Assembly: GCA_043228905.1 (NCBI GenBank)
Contig: JBHGNT010000016.1
Span: 1,364,001-1,428,000, forward strand
Origin: Azolla caroliniana
Taxonomy: Eukaryota; Plantae; Polypodiophyta
Direction: 5' to 3'
DNA length: 64,000 bases
The translations under genes and the position numbers were made by a program. The notes under the pieces were generated by a model, which ran no database searches, had not been told where the DNA came from, and worked only from the letters and a program-made list of their open reading frames with translations. Position 1 is the first letter of the stretch. Each line of letters starts with the position of its first letter. Below, piece after piece: positions 39,780 to 52,679 of this stretch.

Positions 39780-40285
39780 ATATTACGCAGTAAAGTATAT
39801 CCTAATTTCCAGAAATACCCCTGCCCATTTCTTTATTTCCCAATATGCCCTTCTGTTAAATGCCTGAAATACCCCTGGATTTTCTCTTTATTTCCCAAAA
39901 TGCCCTCCCGCGTTATTTCTTTATTTCCCTACCATGCCCTTTCTGTTATATTTGACCGAAATACCCCTGTGATTTCTGTATTCTCTCACCAATGCCCTTT
40001 CTTCTATATTTGCCTGAAATGCCGCTAAGTATTTCCTTATCTCCCACACGTAACCTTTTTGATATATCTCCCTCAAATACCCCTAAATATTTCTTTATTT
40101 CCAAACATGCCCCACAATTACTTCTTTTTTTCCAATATTGTTATTTCTATTATATCCCCCCCAAGTGCATTTTTCTTTATTTCCCAATATGCCCTTTTGG
40201 TATATGCCACGTTGAGAGATACCCCCAAATGCCTAAAATACGCCTGTATATTTCTCTAACCTTCCCGAAAATACCTTCCTAAATC
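39780..40285. repeat. Degenerate AAATACCCCT/AATATGCCCT repeat array upstream of the BLTP3-like gene
   Basis: More than ten recurrences of aaatacccc/atgccc interleaved with tttctttatttccc. Confidence 0.55.
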
Positions 40286-40499
40286 TTAGTTTCAAAGGTA
40301 ACAATTTATTTGATGCCCCATGAGCATCTTGGGAGGAACATGGAAGAACTCGAAATACCAAGTGAATGGAATTTCTCAAACTTATGTGAGGGTGATATGT
40401 GTTTGTATACATGAGATAGAATAGAATATTTTCACCCTTAACACTAGTTGTGTTACGTAAGGATAACCGCCTTCACTAGCTCTTCTCCTTGGTTTACTT

Positions 40500-40880
40500 A
40501 TTGATGAATTGGAAAAAATGGTTGATAAGTTTGTAAAATAACATAACAGAGAAGTTATAATTGGGAATGCAAATTTGATGCTTTTGTTACAACAAATGGT
40601 TTGTTTCTTCTGGAAAATACTTTAGGAGTTGAATAGTATTCTATGTATCGAAAAACTTTTGTGTGCACAATAAGTTGACTACCAATAGCTTTAGCCTCTA
40701 ACCATGCATATGGGGAGTCTTAACAATTAAGGATATTTATTCCATGCATTGGTTCAATAATTATCCACTTGAAATAATAGAAAGCTTTAAATACTTTGGG
40801 CTTCAAATTCCCTTCAATAATAAATGGAAGGAATGTGATATTCACTATGTGAAAATGGGAAAGAATGTTTACTCAAATGT
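40500..40880 (+). mobile_element. Highly decayed non-LTR RT fragment
   Basis: LEIIESFKYFGLQIPF (YLG box region) in ORF 40744-40953. Confidence 0.4.
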
Positions 40881-40946
40881 GTCTATCTCCAACTTCACAA
40901 ATCTACATGGCCGTCCTTCTCTCGTGGAATGCATTGATTATAGGAT

Positions 40947-41345
40947 ATGTTGAGCACAACCCAGTTGAAGATTTCTTGTGGTTTATTTGGTGAGGCACAA
41001 GAAATATTTTCAAAGCTTCGATTTCGAGATACATGGATGTGGAATGCTTCGATAGCGAGTTTCATCAAACAAGGTGATGATCTAGGAGCAATTATTTGTT
41101 TTGATCAAATGCTATTTGGTGCCCCCCCTGAGGCCATTACGTCCACATCTGATCTTAAGATATGTAGTTACAAAATAAGAAATGGAGAGAGAGGGAAAGA
41201 ATTACATATCCAAATTATAAGGGGTTGTTGGAGAAAGATTGGGTTATTTTTTGGTTCTTTCATAGATTCTCAAGAAGTCTTCAACGTGATTCCACAAAAG
41301 AATGTCGGCTTGTGGAACAATCTCATTGCCCTCCTAAATCCAAAA
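40947..41345 (+). pseudogene. PLS-class pentatricopeptide repeat (PPR) relic
   Basis: CGLFGEAQEIFSKL..RDTWMWNASIA, AIICFDQM...PEAIT, GKELHIQII, GSFIDSQEVFNVIPQKNVGLWNNLIA; internal deletions, no intact gene. Confidence 0.65.
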
Positions 41346-41384
41346 TTTATGTGTTGTAATTTTGTCGTGTTCTTGTTCTAGGAT

Positions 41385-44376
41385 AATTTGCCTCCCAATT
41401 TTCGTGTTGTACCTGAAAAATTGAACCAGCTTTGCCCCCTCAATTTGTTCATGAGTTCTCTAGAAATACATTGTTGGGTCCCATGATAGCTGATCTGAAT
41501 GCCCTTCTATTGGCCAACACTCCCTAGGCTTAGGGTCAACAATAATATCCTTTCCATTTTTTGCTATCAGCCTAATCGGCCTTTCACTTTGATAGGCTGG
41601 TTGCTCGCCTCTTGCCATTCCGTGCTCTATTTTGTAGTAGCATGCCTCATTCGATTATGCTTTCATTCCCTTAATGCCAATTAAACAATGCTCAACATCT
41701 ATAAGTCCTGTCCACTCAATTTCAAAGGTACTTATTTCTTCCTCTTCCAAGGCATGCTTGTAGCATGCAATGGCATCTGTAATTCTCTTGAGCATGCCTT
41801 TACCCCTGCTTATTCTCCATGTTCTAGCCTTTTGAGTGCCCACCTCATTGGACAGAAACCGCTTCCACTCCACTAATGCATTCCCTTGGACATTGATTAA
41901 GTTGGCCCATTTGAAACCTGTTTTTTGTCCTATCATCAGCCCATCCACATCTCTAATCAATGGGTTCCATACAATTGGCATGTGCATCCTGGCATATGCA
42001 TCATTTCTCCACCTACATGTGGATCCCCTTTCTGATTTCTTGCCATGCTTTCATAATTCCAACAACACATAGACTCTGCATACTTCCCTAGTATTTGGGT
42101 TGCATTGCAGGCACAAAGCCCCAAAAGGGGTTGCTTGGCCAGCTTCCCCCTTGTCTCAACAACCACATATTCCATCTACGTCTCCATAGAATTTTCCAAG
42201 GTGCCTCAGGTGGTTGTAAGCTCCTGACCACTAGTTTTCCTAGCAAGGCCTTCGTTTGCACCACGGGATCTATCAATCCCACCTTGCCTTCACTTTTTCC
42301 TTTTATAAGTGTGGTCCAAGCAACCCTTGCAGTGGTCTATTTTTCCTCCATGCCCCCCCATAAGAAATTTTTAATAATCCTTTTTATCAATTTCATCGAC
42401 TTGGGCACGATTATCCACCATGCAACAGTATACCATATAGTGGACATTAGAATTTGATTTGCAATCACAATCTTGCCCGCAAAGGATAATTTTCTTTCAT
42501 TCCACCATATTAGCTTCACTTTTATTTTGTCCACTAGTAGATTGTAGTGTTCTACCCGATCAATGTCCATACCAAATTTGAAGCCCAAGTATCTAGTAGC
42601 TTCTCCTCTCCTTAACCATCTGAAATTGGGGACAGGGGCCCCATTTAACACGAGCTTATTACTGGTCCAAATGCCCATTGATTTATTCCAATTTATTTTA
42701 GCCTCCGATCCCCTACAGAACTCATCAATTGCACTTTGCAATCTGCCCAAGTTGTTTTCATCACCCTTGACATAGGTCATTGTGTCATCAACATATGTTG
42801 TATCAAGCACTATCCCTACATCATCAGACAAGGTAAGGCCTTTTATTTGCCAAGATCTATCAACAATTTGGTAATGCAAAGCTTCTGCTACAATGAGGTA
42901 TAAGTACGGGGCCAATGGGCATCCTTGGCGTACCGAATGTAGCATCTTAAAAGCTCTTCCCCATACTTCCAACCATTAAAACCTAGTTGTATGCACCTCT
43001 GTAAAAGGCACCCATTCCAAGGATCCATTGTTGTTCAAAGCCTAGGGCTGCCATCACTGCTTCTAAGAATTCCCTAGAGATCCTACCATATGCTTTTTCG
43101 AAGTCGAGTAACATTACTATCAAATCCAGTTCTTGCTCCTCTGCCCATGCTGAGTATTCCCAAAAAGTTATCACATTGTCAACAATGCTCTTGTTTTCCA
43201 AGAAGCTAGTTTGCGTTGTATGTATAATGTCCCCGAGTATTGTTTTCAATCTCTTACTTACAACTTTGGCCATTACCTATTAAGCATTGGTGAGGATCGT
43301 CAATGGTCACTAATTATCGAGCATTGTCAGCTCTTTTCCCTCCTTGGGTATTAAATAAATCATTCCCCTACATATTGTTGTGGGCATTAATTCTTCTGCC
43401 ATAATGTATTGCATCCCTTCTAGCATGTCATCCTTAATTAGATCCCAATACTTGATGTAAAAGTATATAGGAAGTTTGTCAATTCCTGCACAACTTTGTT
43501 TGTTCATATTCCCAATAGCATCCCACAATTCTTGCATACCTATAGGGGTATTTAGTCGGTCCATCATCTGAGCAGGAACTTTCCTAGGTATCCTATTTAT
43601 TATATTTCTAAAGGTAGCATGATCAATCTGTTCCTCTTTGCATACATTAAGTAGTTGAGTATAATAGCTTGTGCCTATTTCAAGCATTTCCTCCTTGCAT
43701 GTGGTCATTGTGCCATCTATCTTTTTTAAACATGAAGGTTGAGTCCCGGATCCTCTGCATTTGACAACTTCAAAAAAACCTTTAGTAACCCAGTCTCCTA
43801 CCCTCATCCAGCTTGCTACCTTACTTCGATAGGCATAGGTATTCCTTAGTTTCTGGTACATCTCTAATTTGCTTTTGGCCTCATCTAGTTGGGTCTCAAT
43901 CCATACATTATGTGGGTATAATTCTCTTAGTCATTGCATAGAAGCGAGTGTCCATTGCATTCTCTACATTTTCTCCCTTATCTCTTTTCTAATTTCAATC
44001 ACTTTCTTCCGAAACAAACATGCACATTCCTCAAGTTTCCCAGCCAGCCTATGAGCAGGATCAAGGTACCTCCATTTGATATTAGACCATATTTTCCGTA
44101 CATCATCAGTCCATTTAGTATCCATAACCAATTCCTTGCTCACCTTCACATTTTGTGGCTTGCATAATTTGTTTTCTGGTATGTGCAACAAAACTGGTGC
44201 ATGTTCTGAGAATATTGTTCTAGGACAAATAATGCATCTACCTTTCCTATCCATGAGCCGAGGGTCCAAATACCATCTATCTAGCCTGGACATCGTCCTC
44301 CCATGCACGCTTCCTCCTACTCTAGAGTATAGAAGAGATTTTTCTTTTTGCATTTGAAAGTTAGGTGCATTCCAAC
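41385..44376 (-). mobile_element. Decayed L1 LINE ORF2 (part of APE, RT)
   Basis: SRLDRWY/SEH, LLDFEKAYGRI, VRQGCPLAP, YVDD, YLG in ORFs 43964-44353, 43310-43861, 42983-43273 and 42337-42972. Confidence 0.88.
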
Positions 44377-44491
44377 TATTAGGAATAGTACTAAAACAGA
44401 GAGAGAATTAGTATTAGAGAAGGGAAGTACTATTAGTACTAAGAGGACGGACTACGTAAGACTCACGAGAGAGAGATAGCGAAGGCGCGCA

Positions 44492-44578
<87 letters not shown>

Positions 44579-44724
44579 TTAACGTCTTCTAAGGCCAAAG
44601 TTAGGTGCATTCCAACTATCAGGAATAATACTAAAACAGAGAGAGAATTAGTATTAGAGAAGGGAAGTACTATTAGTACTAAGAGGACGGACTATGTAAG
44701 ACTCACGAGAGAGAGATAGCGAAG

Positions 44725-44792
<68 letters not shown>
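44357..44792. repeat. 240-bp-period direct duplication around a 20-bp RTEX-like 3' end (44577-44596), with (GC)n(GA)n tracts
   Basis: aaagttaggtgcattccaac... starts at both 44357 and 44597. Confidence 0.85.
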
Positions 44793-44797
<5 letters not shown>

Positions 44798-45014
44798 ATG
44801 ATAACAGATGATATATTATGTGAAGAGTAAGTACAAAATAGCTATGAGGCTTAAGATTGGCATTGAACCAATTTGGTTCGAAATAATGCCTTGTGCCTCT
44901 TTTTATAGTGTTCTCAGGAATAGTCCTGAAGCTTCTAAAATGTTCTAGAGAAATCTGGAATATACAATAATTTTCTATAGTAAAACTTAAATGAAAATAA
45001 TATCCTACATATTA

Positions 45015-45085
45015 CAATAGATAATGTAATGGTCAAGAGCTCGACCCATATAACATAAGGTTATGGGTTCGAGTCTTGCCATATC
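45015..45085 (+). other. tRNA-like module in the chromovirus B LTR
   Basis: TAATGTAATGG 45022, GGTTCGAGTCT 45066; same position and orientation as in family A. Confidence 0.62.
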
Positions 45086-47213
45086 ATGACACTATCCCCC
45101 CCTTAAGACGACAAGTGTCACAAGTCGGAGTTGATTGTGGATCGGGTTTGTCCGGATACTTTCAGTGGAAATCAACAAGAAGATCTTGAGCATTGGCGAC
45201 ATGCTCGACGGGTTCCCAAGTACATTCGCTTGGACTATAGCCGAGCCAATCGACCAAATAATAAAGTTTGTTGCGAACAAACTTAGAGTCGAGGACAACA
45301 ACAACTTCATACTACGGGCCGGTGTCCAACTCAAGCGGGGGCGGTGGTGGTGTAACACGATCGGGAATAGTGTTGGCATGATAAAGGTTCGTGAAGAGAA
45401 CTATGGAAGACCAGATGTATTTGAAGGTGCGGAGGAAGATCAAGATGGAACGTGACATCATTAATCTTGTCGGTAATACGGAAAGGACCGAGTCGTCGAT
45501 AATCCAATTTGTCGCACGATCGAGTTGTCTTGATGTGACGACGTAAGAGCCATACTCGATCTCTGATGGCAAAAGAGGAGGGAAGCTGATGACGATCTAA
45601 GTGTGTGTTGAACATGACAAAGATGAGTGGAAAGCCACATGATGTAACTTTTCTTTATCTCCTTGTTGTGAAAGATGCTACCGAGGGCGAAATCCGATGC
45701 GTCGGCCTCCATGATGAATGGTTTGTTTGTATCCACATGAGCTAGAATAGGAGGTGATGTAAAGGCTTTCTTAAGATGCATAAAAGTCATGTCTGCTTCG
45801 TTGGACCAAAGAAATGATTGTCCCTTCTTGGTAAGTTGTGTGAGAGGTAAAATAATCTTCAAGTAATCTTGTATAAACTTGCGGTAGAAGTTAGCAAAGC
45901 CTAAGAAACATTGCACATCTCGTAACGAACGTGGAGTTTGCCGCTCTAGCACAGTTTGGACTTTAGTTGAATCCATGGAGATCTCGTAACGAACGTGGAG
46001 TTTGCCACTCTAGCACAGTTTGGACTTTAGTTGAATCCTATTGAGGAGATGGCGTAGCCTAGAAATTCCACTTGCTTGTAGTCAAAGCTACATTTTTCTA
46101 GTTTGGCATAAAGACCATGCTCTCAGAGTCGTTTTAGTACTAATAGTACATGAGAATCATGCTCTTCCTGGGTCTTCGAATAAATCAATAGATCATCCAG
46201 GTAGATGATCAAACAGATATCCAAGAGATCTCTGAATATATCATTTGCCATGTGCTGGAAGACTGTGGGCGCATTGGTTAGACCGAATGGCATAACGGTA
46301 TACTCGAAGTGCCCATATCAGGTGCGAAAAGCGGTCTTCCATTCGCCTCTCGGTCGGATCCGCATGAGGTTATATGTTCCTCATAAGTCGATTTTTGTAA
46401 AAAACTTGGCACCATTTACTCGTTCTAATAGATTTGATATAAGGGGAAGTGTATACCTATTCCAAATGGTGACCTTATACAAGCCGCAATAATCAACAAT
46501 GAGACAAAGGGATCCATCTTTCTTTTTTACAAAGAAAATGGGTGCACCGGTTGGAGATTTCAAATGACGAATAAACCCACTTGCCAAATTCTCTTCTATG
46601 TAGGCTCGAAGGACTTCCAACTTGGTTGGTGATAAGTTGTAAATCGGTCCCCACGGTGGCTCCGTTCTTGGCTGTAAATCGATGGGACAATCATAGGGAC
46701 GATGATGAGGAAGAGTACCAGCTCTGACCTTGTTAAATACATCAACATAAGGATGATATTTCGCAGGAAGTTGAACTAAGGATTCCTTTTTAATAGTGCT
46801 GGAAGGATGTACTGATATTGCAAATAGAAACATTGACTCCTTGCGTCCTTGAGCGAAATGGTCGAAACTCAATGAGTAGATTCTCGGGGTTTAGGGTTCC
46901 AGACTTCTCTTTTTCTCCAATCTATGTTTGGATTATGTACTTCAAACCAAGGTAATCCCAGGACAATGGGATGCTCTGGACTACTAATTATATTAAATGA
47001 TACCACACACACAAAGCTATCAAGGACAACCTGAATGGGTTCTGACTCTTGTACGATATTCCTAGAAGCAATGGGACGACCATCAATGACTACTACAGAT
47101 GTGGGCCAAGGAAGTTTTCTTAAGGATATCTGAGAAGCTTGGGCAAAATTCCGATCCATGAAACAGGAATTGGCTCCGGAATCTAAAAGTGCTAAGACAT
47201 GTACTGGAGGGGT

Positions 47214-47624
47214 ACTTTTAGTACTAATCATGACTTGGGCTAAGAACACATTGCTAACTTGCTTAGAGGGAATGGAACCACTAATGGGCTGCATAGATCT
47301 AGGGCTGTCCAACCAAACGACTCCTATTTTGGTTGGATTTAGTCGTTTAACTTTTAGTACTAATCATGACTTGGGCTAAGAACACATTGCTAACTTGCTT
47401 AGAGGGAATGGAACCACTAATGGGCTGCATAGATCTAGGGCTGTCCAACCAAACGACTCCTATTTTGGTTGGATTTAGTCGTTTAACTTTTAGTACTAAT
47501 CATGACTTGGGCTAAGAACACATTGCTAACTTGCTTAGAGGGAATGGAACCACTAATGGGCTGCATAGATCTAGGGTTGTCCAACCAAACGACTCCTATT
47601 TTGGTTGGATTTAGTCGTTTAACT
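47214..47624. repeat. Three tandem 136-bp copies of the gag-pol junction
   Basis: Unit starts at 47214, 47350 and 47486. Confidence 0.92.
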
Positions 47625-48998
47625 CTTCCTCTAATTGACTAAGGATTTCATATTTGTTTGAGATACTTTGGCTATCAGTACTATTAATACTATCAAACAC
47701 TCCTAAGGGAATTGACTTGGGTTTAGTACAGGCTACGATTTGATTTACATGTCTTCTTGGCCTATGGGGACAGTTGATGACAATATGCCCTGGTCCACCG
47801 CAATAAAGACATAATCGATTTGCACGTCGTCGTTGCTTTTCTTCTTCCAATAACGGGCCACGTTGACGCATGGCGTTGATCTCCATTGGCGTCAGAGTAT
47901 TTTCTTGAGATACATCTTGTGCAACCGGTTTAGCTGCGACTGAGGCGTATGTGGGCTTTGGCCTAGTCCGTGGCATTTGAAATTGATGTTCTGAACGTCG
48001 TTCGAAAAGGCGGTTGTCACATCGGACCGCTCGATTGATTGCCTCTGTAAGAGATTTTGGTTCTTCGGGAAAGGTTAAAAGTAAATCTTTGACGTCGTTT
48101 TGCAGGCCGTAGTGGAACTACTCCATTAGTGCTTGATCATCCTAGGGGATATTTGAGGCGAGTAGACGAAAATCTGTCGCGTAGGTAGAGGCTGGATGAC
48201 CGCCTTGACGCAATCGTCGGATTTTGTTGATCGTCGTCCTGATGTTGTCGATATCTCCAAAGCAGGCTTTAAACTCGCTAATAAAGTCTTCAAAGTTATT
48301 AAGCAAGGCAGATTGTTTTTCCAAAAGCAGAGCGAACCATGCCAAGCTTGAGCTGCTAAGCAACATGCCTATTAGGCCTACTCGGGATGCATCAATGGGG
48401 TATCAGGAAGGATGCATTTGCATGACTAAGCATACCTGATTAAGGAATCCTCGGAATTGTGAGCGCGTTCAATCGAATTTCACAAGAAGACCAATCTTGG
48501 GCTCTTTATAAAGTCCTTGGGGACTTGATCCTTGTTGTTGTAACGCTATGATGGTTGCTTCGAGTTGTTGTACGCATAACACTAACTCCCATGTTATTGC
48601 TGCATTTGCTATTTTTCTAAAGCAATTTGTTGAAGATCCCCTAACAATCGTTGGTTTTCTTGTTCCAATGCAACAAATTTTTCTTTTAGACAATGTAGCT
48701 CGGAAAAAACGGATTGATATTCTTGGGCGCTAACAATAGCCATAGTATTGGAAAAAGGGGTAAGAGGATGAGGGAAACCGAAAAGAAGACTAGAGGGAAA
48801 ATTTGGTTCAAACTGTCAAGAATAGTACTAAAATAGAGAGAGAATTAGTACTAGAGAAGGGAAGTACTATTAGTACTACGAGGATGGACTGCGTAAGACT
48901 CACGAGAGAGAGAGAGAGAGGATGATGATAACAAATGATATATTATGTGAAGAGTAAGTACAAAATAGCTATGAGGCTTAAGACTAGCGTTGAACCAA

Positions 48999-50930
48999 GC
49001 TAAGATTCATATAACTTGCATCTTCTATGACCCGACCAGTGCATTTTCAGCTTCCACTATGGTAGCTAATATCCTATCTTGGAGATTTTCCTCTTCCAAC
49101 TATGTCAGCATTTCAAGGAGGTATAGCATGAATTTCGTGATCATTTTTGGAAGCTTCAGAAATTTCACATTTATGTAGCATATACCTTGCTCATTCGTCT
49201 TGCCCGAACCCCAGATCATGGCATCTTTCCATTGTCTTTTCATTTTCACACCTATTACAATACCATATGATGAGTCTACATGCACAACCATTTGTTGTTC
49301 CAAACATCCAAGTGCTTCTTCTCTGCTCTGTGGTTCCTTATTTCCAATGGCCAAAATATAGGACAATCCAACGATCCGTCCTTCATCAATACATTTACCA
49401 GATATATTGATTCTACACATGTTGTCCTTCTTCATCTCACTTCCTCACATTTCCTTGAACCACTTTTTGCCTGTCAGTTTCAGTTTCATCTGTTGTCCAG
49501 TATTCGAAAGAGGGGTCGCTTTGTATTGAAGATTCCAGTTCACTCTTGGCCATTTAGGTATACCTTTATTTTTCTCCATTCCCTTCCCCTCCTCTTTTCT
49601 AGCACACATATGCCTTTTCATTTTTGATGTCCCCTTAATATATTGGGTTGCCACAATTGTCTTAGCTTGCTCTTTCAAGGGGCTTCCGAACTTTCCTACA
49701 TTTAATTCTCCTACCTCATCCATACTTTCATGACGCATCTGGTCCATATTATCCACTACCAAGTTGTCTTCCTGTTGTAGTTTCTGCATATCATTAATAG
49801 TTTCCAGTGACATAGTTGCACTCATAATTTGCCTTCATTCTTGCTTCCCTTTCATTGGTTTTGTTTTCAATGTCCTCTAAGGTTAAGAGTGCATATTTGT
49901 TGCTAAGTGGGAGCCATTCTTGTCCGACCATAATTTTTGTTTGCCTTTATTGTTGTTATATTTCCATCCATCTACATTCATACTCCTTGAATGGTTTATT
50001 CGTTAATTATTCTATTGCATTAGACTTGTTATGCTTTTCCATCCTTGCTTCCCATTTCGATGATGCATGTTCCCTTTACCTCTCGGGCATTCTTAGGCCC
50101 TATGTCACAATTGGCAACGGTTTGGTTTGGTTTGGTTTGGTTTGAGAGGGTTCAAACCTAACCATTAAATTTTTTTGAAACCTGAACCAAACCGAACCAA
50201 ACTTTGAAATCGTTAAACGGAACCATTAAACATTTTTCAAACCGTAAAAACCAAGGTTTCGTGGTTGGTTTCGGTTTTCAACATATGTAAAATTTTTAAT
50301 TTTTTAAAATTTATAATATTTCATTATTTAGAAAATTTAAAATTTTTAAGATGTTCCTAAAATGTGAGAATAAGGTGTAAAAATGAAAAGATTGTTTAAA
50401 AACAAATTTAAAAATTTTTTAGAATTTTTTTAAAAACCATTTAAAAAATCCTAAAATAGAAACCGTTAAACCACGGTTTTTTACTGTTGAAACCAAACCA
50501 AAACCGAACTGAACCAAACCGAACAGTTGAAACCGTTAAGCCGTTAAACCACAGTTTCGCGGTTCGGTTTTGTTCAAACCGAACCGTTGCCGATAGTTAG
50601 CCCTATGCCCCATATGTCTACATGCAAAGCATTGCCCTAGGAGTCTCGTATACTCCATTGTTTGTACATGGTCAGGCATTTGTTTACTACTAAGCAACAT
50701 CGAGTGCAGTAGGGTCTTTACATCCGAGACAATTAGTTTGATCTTCGGTGTTTCACTTATTCTTTCTGCTAGAGGTTTTTCCAGGCATTGCCCTCCCATA
50801 CTTTTGTCAATAGCGGGGAGAAAGGACTCCCATTGCTTAGGTAAACCAGGGAAAAAGGTCGTTATCACTGTTGGATTGCCTATACAAGCATCCCAATTGA
50901 ATACATAGGCTCTCACATTGTGCCATTTAT
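48999..50930 (-). mobile_element. Decayed L1 ORF1 region, split by a MITE
   Basis: LLGQCFACRHMGHRAN zinc knuckle and PGLP..W motif in ORF 50536-50916; same strand as the L1 at 41385-44376. Confidence 0.55.
50113..50591. mobile_element. AACCG-rich MITE
   Basis: Terminal inverted repeat ggcaacggtt...aaccgttgcc, subterminal aaccg arrays, AT-rich core; TSD not resolved. Confidence 0.7.
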
Positions 50931-51268
50931 ATATTATTGTCCAATTATTTTATAGGATATATAAACCTATTTTTGTCTGGAAGAGATTCCAATTATGATA
51001 ATTACAACCCATTAGTCATTGATAATTATAAACTCTCACACACCACTCAAGTTTAATATTAATCCCTCATGGGAAACATGGTCGCTTCACTTATAATCTA
51101 TACATGTGCAACTTTTCCAACATATATTTTAATACATTGGACATGCATTTTATTATTTTTGACAATGACATATAATCTAGGCTAATATGTTGCATTAGAA
51201 TCACATGGAGGATGGAAGATAACCCTTGACATTGAGGAGCAGATATCATTGACATTATTATCTACCAT

Positions 51269-52543
51269 CATAGATTGACACATGCATGATATTCGCCAAA
51301 TTCTCCATGTGTGATATTCTCAATATTCGAGAATACAAAATGGCCCCAAGAATATTATAAAACCATTCGTTTTATAAAATAAAAATATAAAATATTAATT
51401 AATTAATTAATTAATTTCAATTAATTTAATTCACTAAAAAAAGAACAATCATTCATTAATAGATTATAAACATATGATTAGTATAAAAAATGGGGAAGTT
51501 TATGAACCTTTATCTTAATTAATTAATTTGTTTTAAAAAACGAATATTTGTTTATTTATTATAGAAATATAACTAGTGTGAAGTTCAAATTTTAATGTCA
51601 AAATAAAAATATCCATAAATTTTGAGAGAATAAAAAGTGAGGAATTAATGACCTTTTATTTAGTTTTATTTATTTATTAAAAAATAAAACGAATACTTTT
51701 ATATTTATTATATAAATTTATTAGTGTCTACTTTCAAGTCCCTCTTTTAATGTACCTTTTTATAGTCCCTCTTTTAATGTCCCTTTTTATAGTCCTTCTT
51801 TTAATGTCTCTTTTTATTGTCAAGTCCATTTTTTTATCCTAGGAAACTAAAAAAGGAGGGAGTTCTTGTACTCTTTTTATTTTTTATTTTTTTGGATTAA
51901 ACGAATACTTGACCATGCATTCGTATGCGTATTCGTTTACATTCGAATGGGAACCCCCACGAATGAGAATATGACATTTTTCTCATTCGTGGGGGTTCCC
52001 ATACGAATGCATGGTCAAGTATTCGTTTAATCAAAAAAGAAGAAGAGATAGTACATGAACTCCCTCCTTTTTAGTTTCCTAGGATAATAAATTATTATAA
52101 TAAATGTAAAAGTATTTGGTTTATTTTTAATAAATAAATAAAATAAAATAAAGGTTCATTAATTCTTTACTTTTTCTTCTCCCAAAATTTATGGATATTT
52201 TATTTCACATTAAAAATGGGACTTCAAACTAATCATATTTCTATAATAAATATAAAAATATTCATATTTTAAAAATAAATAAGTTAATTAATTAAATTAA
52301 ATAAAATTTCATAAACTCTCCCCTTTTTTATTTGACACTAGTGATAACGGAGAGTTAATACGAATCACATTTTTATAATCTGTTAATGAATGATTGTTCT
52401 TTTTTTAATGAATTAAATTTATTCATTTTTAAAATAATTAATTTTTTTGTATATTTATTTTGCAAAACGAATGGTTTTATAATATTCTTAGGGCAATTTC
52501 GTATTCTCAAATATTGCGAATATCACGCATGTGTCAACCTATG
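51269..52543. mobile_element. Non-autonomous hAT element, almost fully palindromic (foldback)
   Basis: 8-bp TSD TCTACCAT (51261-51268, 52544-52551); ends catagattgacacatgc / gcatgtgtcaacctatg; arms pair inward to about 51970. Confidence 0.88.
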
Positions 52544-52548
52544 TCTAC

Positions 52549-52583
<35 letters not shown>

Positions 52584-52679
52584 CCTTAGAAGATTTTAAT
52601 ATATCTTTCTTTCTTTCTATGTGTGTGTGTGTGTATTATAGGTACATATCACAACACAAACACATATAACGAGGGAAAG

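Larger units (their letters stand above)
44617..48998 (-). mobile_element. Decayed Ty3/gypsy chromovirus (Tcn1-like), family B
   Basis: 3' LTR 44617-45091, PPT at 45092+, partial 5' LTR 48814-48998; gag CCHC CLYCGGPGHIVINC, PR LLDSGA, RT, integrase core deleted near 45620, chromodomain remnant. Confidence 0.9.

Noticed and set aside
38654-39867. ORFs 38654-39124, 39469-39867 and 39438-39767 as genes
   Set aside because: No recognisable domain; they overlap the probable 5' UTR/promoter of the BLTP3-like gene.
47214-47624. CRISPR-like or regulatory array
   Set aside because: Contiguous tandem duplication without spacers in a eukaryotic retroelement.
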